DNA from: a virus
Length of the DNA stretch: 64,000 nucleotides
Strand: one strand, 5' to 3'
IMG/VR virus record: IMGVR_UViG_3300010354_000050
Span: 1 to 64,000 of that record
Shown here: positions 57,189 through 64,000 of the stretch, piece by piece
How the letters are laid out: each line of letters begins with the position of its first letter
Position numbering within the stretch: position 1 is the first letter of the stretch
Position numbers and translations under genes: made by a program
Notes under the pieces: model-generated
Told to the model about the DNA's origin: nothing
Seen by the model: the letters and a program-made list of their open reading frames with translations, nothing else
Databases searched by the model: none

Positions 57189-57467
57189 ATGAACTTCTTT
57201 TCTAGCCTAGTTAGTCTTTGTACTCCCAGGATCTATAGAAGTGCTACTTATAATGCAAATAGTTTAACCAAGGATACCAATGATATAGAAATAAACTACG
57301 AAACAGTATCAAAATTTGCAGAAAACGCTTCTAAAGAAGATGTAATTTTAGTGTTGTCATCTGCCATTTGTGCTTTGCAAAGATATTCTGCAATTCCAAA
57401 AGCACAAGTTTTAGAAAACCTAGAAAAGGGATTTGAAGAATATTCTGGTTGGAGTGAAACTGTTTAG
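57189..57467 (+). CDS. Hypothetical protein
   Basis: Consensus promoter plus RBS. Confidence 0.65.
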   Translation: MNFFSSLVSLCTPRIYRSATYNANSLTKDTNDIEINYETVSKFAENASKEDVILVLSSAICALQRYSAIPKAQVLENLEKGFEEYSGWSETV

Positions 57468-57494
57468 TATCCAAAAGATTTAGGAAATTAGAAG

Positions 57495-57746
57495 ATGAAA
57501 GAATTGACACCTAACGAAGCCTATGACCTTTATGTAGGTATGATCACAGTAGATGAATTCTTAGCCTCTTTTGACGGCAATATTGATCAAGCTATTGATC
57601 AACTCATGGTTGAGAAGTGGTGGTCAGGTGAAGGCGGTAGTCACCCTGATAACCTGCCAGAACTAATTAAGGAATATGTGGTTAATCAGGAAAGCATTGC
57701 TTTTTTCAACCATGAGGAAGAATTGTCTTATCGTTATGGGGGTTAA
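57495..57746 (+). CDS. Acidic hypothetical protein
   Basis: RBS plus ORF. Confidence 0.65.
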   Translation: MKELTPNEAYDLYVGMITVDEFLASFDGNIDQAIDQLMVEKWWSGEGGSHPDNLPELIKEYVVNQESIAFFNHEEELSYRYGG

Positions 57747-57797
57747 TTATGAATGAAGAGCCAATGGTTTTAGGACTAAGCATCTAAAGCTAAAGAA

Positions 57798-58109
57798 ATG
57801 ACAGAAAACTTGGATCGAGATAATTCATACAGGTGTGAAATGAAAAACCAGTCAGACTTTATAAATAAAGTTCTCCTTGCTAAACTTGAAGAGAATTTGG
57901 CATTTGAAGAAATCTTTGTTAAATACCTGAGTAATAAGGAGAATCCTTTAGGAGAAAGGTGGGAGAACTTTCAATTTGCAACCACAAATAATATCTTCAA
58001 CAAGACTAAACCTTTTGTCTACTATTCTCCTATCTTAGAAAAAATAGAAAACTTCACTTGGTACGATAATAGATTGGGATCAAGTAGCGGAAGAATGGAA
58101 TTTTTTTAA
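57798..58109 (+). CDS. Hypothetical protein (possibly truncated)
   Basis: ORF ends in a T-run directly before the next promoter. Confidence 0.55.
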   Translation: MTENLDRDNSYRCEMKNQSDFINKVLLAKLEENLAFEEIFVKYLSNKENPLGERWENFQFATTNNIFNKTKPFVYYSPILEKIENFTWYDNRLGSSSGRMEFF

Positions 58110-58357
58110 TTGACAATACTGGCCTAAACCTGTTATAATTGCATTAGTTTAGGGAAGTTACCAATGACCCTCTGATTAAGTTTATTGAAAAGCAAGGAAG
58201 TGACAGTTTTCTAAAGAACTATGTTCAAAAAATAGAAATGGACACATATATTATATACTCACAACATCGAGTCAAGATACAGGTGGAAAAATGTTGGACT
58301 TTTTGACAGAATTTTGCTATAATCTTGTAGTCCCAGGTTAAAAAAAATGGAATTAAA

Positions 58358-58672
58358 ATGATTCTTAAAGATTTAATTCAAGCTCTGGAAGAAGAATATA
58401 ACCTAAATCCTGACTATATAGTAAAACTGGGATTTGCTTATCCCCATAGTTACCGAGGTTTTTACGATGCTTTAGCTTTTGAGCTTGTAGAACACATTAC
58501 CATATCTGAAATGTTAAATGAAGCTAAATCAGCACCTGGAAAGACCTTTGAAGGTTACAAAGGTGGTGATTTCCTTATGACAGAGTATTCTGAAGTTTAT
58601 TTGGCTAACTATGGTGAACTTGGTGAAGAGCTAGGCCCAATGTTGCTAAAATTCATTCTCAACCAAATTTAA
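58358..58672 (+). CDS. Conserved phage hypothetical protein
   Basis: GF..PHSYRG.Y..LAFE...GKTFEGYKGG.F.M. Confidence 0.75.
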   Translation: MILKDLIQALEEEYNLNPDYIVKLGFAYPHSYRGFYDALAFELVEHITISEMLNEAKSAPGKTFEGYKGGDFLMTEYSEVYLANYGELGEELGPMLLKFILNQI

Positions 58673-58789
58673 TCGATAAAGGTTTGCCAAAAGGCAAACC
58701 TTTTGTTATAACTTTTGAGTTATAACCTCAGGTAAAACAACCCCCCCCCTGTGCTATAATGTTCAAGTCTCCTAACAGATAAAACAATC

Positions 58790-59023
58790 ATGATGGTTCC
58801 TAATAAATTTAAGTATAGTAGCAACTTCTATAATAAAAGATCAGTAGAAGATCAGTTGAGAAATCTTGGCTTTGCAATTTGGAAAAAAGATCAACATCAA
58901 TTAGAAATTGTTCCGCCTATAGGTTGGACTATTACTATTGAAGGAAATGGAGATAAAAACTTTTACAATATGGACATGATTTTGAAGATTAGCCTAAAGT
59001 CTAATAAACTGTACCTATGGTGA
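58790..59023 (+). CDS. Hypothetical protein
   Basis: ORF track. Confidence 0.55.
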   Translation: MMVPNKFKYSSNFYNKRSVEDQLRNLGFAIWKKDQHQLEIVPPIGWTITIEGNGDKNFYNMDMILKISLKSNKLYLW

Positions 59024-59090
59024 TAATGATTTTTGTTATCTCTATGTTCATCAAGATGTAAACCCTTACATTAATCCCAAATATTAAGAA

Positions 59091-59273
59091 ATGATTAAAC
59101 TTCGTCACTTAAAAGATCTAGTTGTATTCTTTGGAGCCTTGTCCATAGTAAGCTTAATTTCTTCCCTTTTGGTAAATTTTGGCTTTGCAATTTTAGTTTT
59201 TTCTATTGCATCTAGCTTGTTTTTGTTTCAGTATGTTTTGTTTGAATCTGTTTTTGGGAAATTTAACAAGTAA
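59091..59273 (+). CDS. Two-TM membrane protein
   Basis: Hydrophobic; FLFQYVLFE shared with 59831 gene. Confidence 0.65.
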   Translation: MIKLRHLKDLVVFFGALSIVSLISSLLVNFGFAILVFSIASSLFLFQYVLFESVFGKFNK

Positions 59274-59280
59274 TACATAA

Positions 59281-59817
59281 ATGAAAATTTATCTCAACTT
59301 GTCAAGATGCAACATTCATTTAGAAAAAGGAACTGACTATGGTTCTGTAGAAGTTTCAGAAGGAATTAAATACAGGGTAGATCAGGAAGACAACCTATTT
59401 ATAGACTTCATTGATACCCTAGATCTACCTGAAGACTTGTCCCAATACGGTTTTGTCAGGGTAAAGGTTCCCCAGAAAAACAAACCCTTAGACTTAGTAG
59501 CTAACCTAGACTGCTGCCATTTGATTCAAAAGGCGATTGTCCAAGATTGCGTAATAAATTCTAAAGGAAATACTATTTTGTCTACCTGGTCAAAAAACCT
59601 TGTAGCAAATTTGCAAGATTCAGCTATAGCTAACTTTCTTGTAGAAAATGGGGACGCTAATATTAGGTCTTCTGGGAGTTCTACTATTGAATTAGAAGGT
59701 AAAGTTAATGGTCTTCTTTTGAGTCTGAAAGGAGGATCAGAGGTTTTCCTGAATGCTGAAGTTCAAGGGAAAATAGACCTTGTTTCAGATAAAGTTTCAA
59801 AAGTTTACCATAATTGA
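59281..59817 (+). CDS. DUF2807/GIN-like beta-helix protein
   Basis: Repeating small-residue beta strands (SSGSSTIELEGKV, LKGGSEV). Confidence 0.5.
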   Translation: MKIYLNLSRCNIHLEKGTDYGSVEVSEGIKYRVDQEDNLFIDFIDTLDLPEDLSQYGFVRVKVPQKNKPLDLVANLDCCHLIQKAIVQDCVINSKGNTILSTWSKNLVANLQDSAIANFLVENGDANIRSSGSSTIELEGKVNGLLLSLKGGSEVFLNAEVQGKIDLVSDKVSKVYHN

Positions 59818-59830
59818 GTTAAAGGATAAA

Positions 59831-60031
59831 ATGAAAAAACACCTAGACTTGTTAATCTTTATAACTGTAATAGGAATATCTTCTGCATTGTTGACCATAT
59901 GGGTTCCTAAAGTACTTATGCTGGCCCTAGCTACAGCAGCAGTAACTATATTTTTGTTTCAGTATGTCTTGTTTGAATTAGCTTTTAATAAGTCTATGAA
60001 CAATAATGGAGAAAAAGATGAAAACAATTAA
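59831..60031 (+). CDS. Two-TM membrane protein, paralogue of 59091
   Basis: KHLDLLIF...FLFQYVLFE..F.K. Confidence 0.65.
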   Translation: MKKHLDLLIFITVIGISSALLTIWVPKVLMLALATAAVTIFLFQYVLFELAFNKSMNNNGEKDENN

Positions 60032-60143
60032 TCTAAATTTAGTAAATACTACTGTTGTTCTTGAGCAAGGTAAACTCAACTGGACAATACTGGAAATTTC
60101 TGACGGATTAGATTATAAACTTGACTCCGCAAACTTGATGTAG
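60018..60143 (+). pseudogene. Truncated paralogue of 59281
   Basis: MKTINLNLVNTTVVLEQG...EISDGLDYKLD versus MKIYLNLSRCNIHLEKG...EVSEGIKYRVD. Confidence 0.55.
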
Positions 60144-60187
60144 AAAAAGTTGGAAGTTGCAAAATTTTTTATTCTAAAGGAGAATAA

Positions 60188-60373
60188 ATGAACCCTTATT
60201 TACAAATGACTGATACTGAACTCCTTTTTGCTTATATTAGTGAAAGGGATTCAGATGAGATTAATGTACCTTTGTGGGTGGAGCATAACAAAAGATTCAT
60301 TTCCGATGGAAACTACAGCAGTAAATTTGTTCGACTATTGACCAAGGAAGATTTTTTCATTTCCAACCCTTGA
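60188..60373 (+). CDS. Small hypothetical protein
   Basis: AGGAG RBS. Confidence 0.6.
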   Translation: MNPYLQMTDTELLFAYISERDSDEINVPLWVEHNKRFISDGNYSSKFVRLLTKEDFFISNP

Positions 60374-60436
60374 TCTCCTAACACATTAGTGCTATACTAA
60401 TTAGGTAATAAGGGACAAGAAAACGAAAACTAGGAT

Positions 60437-60835
60437 ATGTTAACAAGCAAAAAACTAAAGGAAGCCTGGAAAAACAAAATCTTTCTGTTGATGGAAGAGT
60501 TGAATGCCCAGGATGTTACTCCTGGTGTTCAAGCTGACTATGCTAAAGTTTGGAACATCCAAACCCATGTTGGGATTCTACAAGTAACTTTTTTCCATTC
60601 TGATAACTTTTTGAATGAACTAACTGTTTATGCGAAATGGCTAGATGTTAAAAAAGCTTTAAGTTGGGGAATCGATTGTAACCTTTACAATGGGAAATGG
60701 AACTTCCACTTTTCTCAAAAAGGAAAAATGAATGGCAATGAAAAAATTCAATTCATGGATAAGGCTATTAACCAAGTGAGGAACAAGATTCTGAACTACA
60801 CTTCTTACAGTGTTTGCAACACCCTAACCAAGTAA
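60437..60835 (+). CDS. Hypothetical protein
   Basis: Promoter, RBS, terminator. Confidence 0.65.
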   Translation: MLTSKKLKEAWKNKIFLLMEELNAQDVTPGVQADYAKVWNIQTHVGILQVTFFHSDNFLNELTVYAKWLDVKKALSWGIDCNLYNGKWNFHFSQKGKMNGNEKIQFMDKAINQVRNKILNYTSYSVCNTLTK

Positions 60836-61232
60836 TTAAAAAGCGAGCTATTTGCTCGCTTTTTTGTTGACATTTAAGGAGCTATAGGTTATAATCTTTT
60901 TAGCCTATACATGAAAACTAATGAATAGGAATCAGTTTATCCCTCCTGCTACTGGATTTTCCATAGCAGATCTCAAGATGATGTTCTTATCCAGACAGCC
61001 GCTAAAGATCTAGAAACTCCTCAGCAACTAACTGAAGAGCTTTTTCCTGATCAGTTTGAAGAATGGGTTGAGGATGCTAGTGATTGGGAATTTGCTATTT
61101 TTAACATCAACTATACTACAATAAAAGGAATAGAAATGTTAAAAGACCTAGATTCAACTGTAGTGTCTACTGACAAAGGAGATATGTAGTAAAAGGGTTG
61201 TCATTATTTTCTAGTTTAGGAGAAATATGTAA

Positions 61233-61451
61233 TTGAAAAACCTAGATTCAACTGTAGAAGTAAGTTTTAACTTAACCTTGCAGGATTTGGCAAGTTTGCA
61301 AAAAATTGCTATTGATGAACACATTAGCCCAACTTTTGCATTAAGGAAAGCTGTAGCAGCTTTAGCCTATATCAGAGAAAAGCAAAAATCCGGTTCTAAA
61401 TTCTTCATTCAAGAGGAAAATGGAACAATAAAATCTGTTGATTTTCATTAA
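61233..61451 (+). CDS. Putative ribbon-helix-helix DNA-binding protein
   Basis: VSFNL strand followed by two helices; AGGAG RBS, TTG start. Confidence 0.5.
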   Translation: MKNLDSTVEVSFNLTLQDLASLQKIAIDEHISPTFALRKAVAALAYIREKQKSGSKFFIQEENGTIKSVDFH

Positions 61452-61480
61452 ATAGTTGGCTTAAAAAAAGGGCAAAACAA

Positions 61481-63451
61481 ATGGAAGAAAGAATTGAAAA
61501 TGTTTCCTTAGTTGAGGAAATGAAAACAGCCTACCTAGACTACTCTATGGCAGTTTTGCTAGGTAGGGCTATTCCCTCACTATATGATGGTCAAAAGCCT
61601 GTAAGCCGAAGAGTTCTAACAGCTATGAAGTGGTTAGGGCTAAATCCTGAAGCCAAGTACATGAAGGCAGCTAGGGTAGAAGGCGAAACCATGGGTAAAC
61701 TTCACCCCCATAGTGGTGCCTATGGAGCCATGGTAACAATGGCTTCCTGGTGGTCAAACAATAACCCTTTAGTCAATGGTCATGGTAACTGGGGATCACC
61801 AACAGACAATGCAGCAGCACCAAGATATACCGAGTGTAAACTAACTCCTTTTGCTTGGGAAGTTTTGCTTCAAGATTCTCAAACATGGGAAACTAAAGAC
61901 AATTATGACGGCTCCTTGCAAGAACCTGTTCTACTCAATACTAAATTCCCTGTTGTGCTAGTCAATGGTGGTGAAGGGATTGGAGTAGGGTATTCGACTA
62001 AGATCCCCCCTCATAATCTCAGAAGTTTGGCAAAAGCTTTAAGGTTTGTTTCCGAAGGGAATTTAGTTGGAGCTAATAAGCATCTTTGCCCTGATTTCCC
62101 TACAGGTTGCAATGTAGTCAAGGATGAAGGTTTGCTAGAATATTTGCAAACTGGAACAGGATCTATTCGCATGAGGGCTTTGTGTGAAGAAGACAAGGTA
62201 CAGCATGGGAAGACTAAAAGAAATGCCTTGAACTTTACTAACCTACCTTTACACATCAATACTGAAGCAATTTCTGACCAAATCCGTGAGGGGATTGAAA
62301 AAGGAAAAATCACTACTGTAGCTGATGTCAGAGATGAAACAGATCGCAGTGGTATCCGGTTAGTTGTTATTTTGAAGACAACGGCTGATATTGAACTAGC
62401 AAAATCTGAATTATTTAGCTATACTAGCCTAGATTCTAAGTTTTCAGCTAAGAACTTAGTTATTGATGGTCTTGAACCTGTTTGCCTACCTCCCGTAGAA
62501 ATTCTACAAAAGTGGCTAAAGTGGAGAGATGTAAAAACTGTTGTTATTTTCTCTGATGAACTTGCAAACATTACTGCAAGATTAGAGATTGTAGAAGGAT
62601 TGATTAAAGGAACTTCTTCTATGGATCAAGTCATTGAACTGATTCGCAGTTCTAATGATCCTAAGTCAGCTAAAGGAAAATTAGTTAAGGAAGGTTTTTC
62701 TGACTCCCAAGCTCAAGCTGTTTTGGCAATGAAGCTAAGCCAACTAACTAAATTAGACGTTAGAGAACTTAAAGGAGAAGAAAAACAAATTAAAGCAAGA
62801 GTTAAGCAGCTAGAAAAGTTGCTAAGCTCTGATCAGGAACGCCTAGTCTATATTCTTGAAGAAGTAGATCAAATTGCTGAGAGGTTTGGGAATGCCCGTC
62901 GATCACTAGGAATTGAACCTCCTATTTACCTAGTCGATCCTAAAAAATCTACCATTAGCGATGAGGGCAAGGTTGTAAAAAATCGTTACATGAAACTAGA
63001 TTCTAACAAAGGGGTTGTTTCCCAGATGAAGACAACCAAAGGATCTAACCTGATTTGTCCTGACGATCAAAAAGCTGTTTTAGTTTGCGACAATGGGTTT
63101 GTCTACAAAATTGGGTCTAAGTTTCAAGGCCCATTGGCATCTCAATCGACAAAGGTTTTAGCTAAAACCTTGAGTAGCAAAACACCTCTTGACCTTTTAG
63201 CTATTTGGAAATTAGATGGTTGTCTTTACTCTAATGTGTTAGATTGGGAAACCTTGGCTAAAACAACATCTAGCGGGAAAAGATGGATGCCTGAAGGAGC
63301 AGAATTGGTTTATTTGGGCAGTAAAGATTGGGAATTGAAGTTTACGTCTAAGCGGAAAAATCCACAAACTATTTCCTTGAAAACCACTAAACCTAGGACA
63401 TTAGGGAGTAAAGGTAATAAACTAGCCAGTCTAGATGAAGTTAAAATTTAG
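61481..63451 (+). CDS. gyrA: Type IIA topoisomerase subunit A (GyrA/ParC)
   Basis: YLDYSM.V..GRA.P...DG.KPV.RR, HPH, AAAPRYTE catalytic Tyr, GIGVG..T.IPPHN, PDFPTG, RDE. Confidence 0.92.
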   Translation: MEERIENVSLVEEMKTAYLDYSMAVLLGRAIPSLYDGQKPVSRRVLTAMKWLGLNPEAKYMKAARVEGETMGKLHPHSGAYGAMVTMASWWSNNNPLVNGHGNWGSPTDNAAAPRYTECKLTPFAWEVLLQDSQTWETKDNYDGSLQEPVLLNTKFPVVLVNGGEGIGVGYSTKIPPHNLRSLAKALRFVSEGNLVGANKHLCPDFPTGCNVVKDEGLLEYLQTGTGSIRMRALCEEDKVQHGKTKRNALNFTNLPLHINTEAISDQIREGIEKGKITTVADVRDETDRSGIRLVVILKTTADIELAKSELFSYTSLDSKFSAKNLVIDGLEPVCLPPVEILQKWLKWRDVKTVVIFSDELANITARLEIVEGLIKGTSSMDQVIELIRSSNDPKSAKGKLVKEGFSDSQAQAVLAMKLSQLTKLDVRELKGEEKQIKARVKQLEKLLSSDQERLVYILEEVDQIAERFGNARRSLGIEPPIYLVDPKKSTISDEGKVVKNRYMKLDSNKGVVSQMKTTKGSNLICPDDQKAVLVCDNGFVYKIGSKFQGPLASQSTKVLAKTLSSKTPLDLLAIWKLDGCLYSNVLDWETLAKTTSSGKRWMPEGAELVYLGSKDWELKFTSKRKNPQTISLKTTKPRTLGSKGNKLASLDEVKI

Positions 63452-63758
63452 TTTCAACTAGATGCAGTAAATCTAAGGTTTGCCAAGAGCAAACCTTTTT
63501 TTGACAGCTCTTTTCAATTATGCTAATATGGGAAATTCAGTTAAATGACTAATACAACAGCAGATCAAAAACTAAGCAAGATCATCACAGACCTAAAAAA
63601 AAGGTTAAAGAAGATTTGCTAAAATGGTTCCTAGACGATAGTGAGTGAGGTAGGAGTGGTTACACTCAGGGATATGAATATAGAGTCCAAGAAGCCTTAA
63701 TAGGGTTGAGGAAAATCAGAAAAAGCATTGATTAGTTCTTTTATAGGGGAAGGCTACA

Positions 63759-64000
63759 TTGAACAAAATTTTTTTTGGTAATTGTTTGGAAATTATGAAA
63801 ACCTTGAAAGACAATAGTATTGATTCCATTGTTGCTGATCCTCCTTATGGATTAAGCAAAGAACCTAAGATTGAAGAAGTTCTTTCCCATTGGCTTGCAG
63901 GAAGTGAATACCAACATGGGAGCAAAGGGTTCATGGGGAAATCTTGGGATTCTTTTGTCCCTAACCCTGATGTCTGGAAGGAATGTTTCAGGGTGTTAAA
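63759..64000 (+). CDS. N6-adenine/N4-cytosine DNA methyltransferase (3' partial)
   Basis: TTG start after GGGGAAGG; GNCLEIMK.L.DNSIDSIVADPPYG...FMGKSWD...WKECFRVL. Confidence 0.85.
   Translation, partial: MNKIFFGNCLEIMKTLKDNSIDSIVADPPYGLSKEPKIEEVLSHWLAGSEYQHGSKGFMGKSWDSFVPNPDVWKECFRVL

Overview
About 64 kb of an AT-rich, large tailed cyanophage genome, probably infecting a freshwater cyanobacterium (host-like nblA, pentapeptide-repeat protein, cyanobacterial-type ThyX). Most of the + strand is a string of self-contained early/middle cassettes, each a near-consensus sigma70 promoter, RBS, small ORF and terminator. Recognisable modules: replication (SSB-like protein, P-loop helicase, GyrA/ParC), nucleotide metabolism (NrdB, NrdA with a fused glutaredoxin, dCMP deaminase, MazG-like protein, ThyX), two phage sigma factors, three tandem cell-wall hydrolases, tail-fibre/Ig proteins, a CCA-adding enzyme, two DNA methyltransferases and four tRNAs. 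A minus-strand virion block (31.5-43.8 kb) holds a baseplate hub-like protein, tape measure with M23 domain, a GpU-like protein and four paralogues sharing an N-terminal leader. Most unusual: (1) a promoter-driven tandem array of 3-4 covarying RNA hairpins, each carrying CAGCAA, upstream of the replication operon; (2) a tRNA-Arg(UCU) split by a group I intron whose HNH endonuclease ORF reads through the ribozyme core; (3) putative virion-packaged proteins with a shared leader and HExxH zincin domains; (4) palindromic operator-like arrays next to early promoters; (5) a shared Cys-bounded module on three different peptidoglycan hydrolases. All calls are by-eye motif recognition; no database searches were run.
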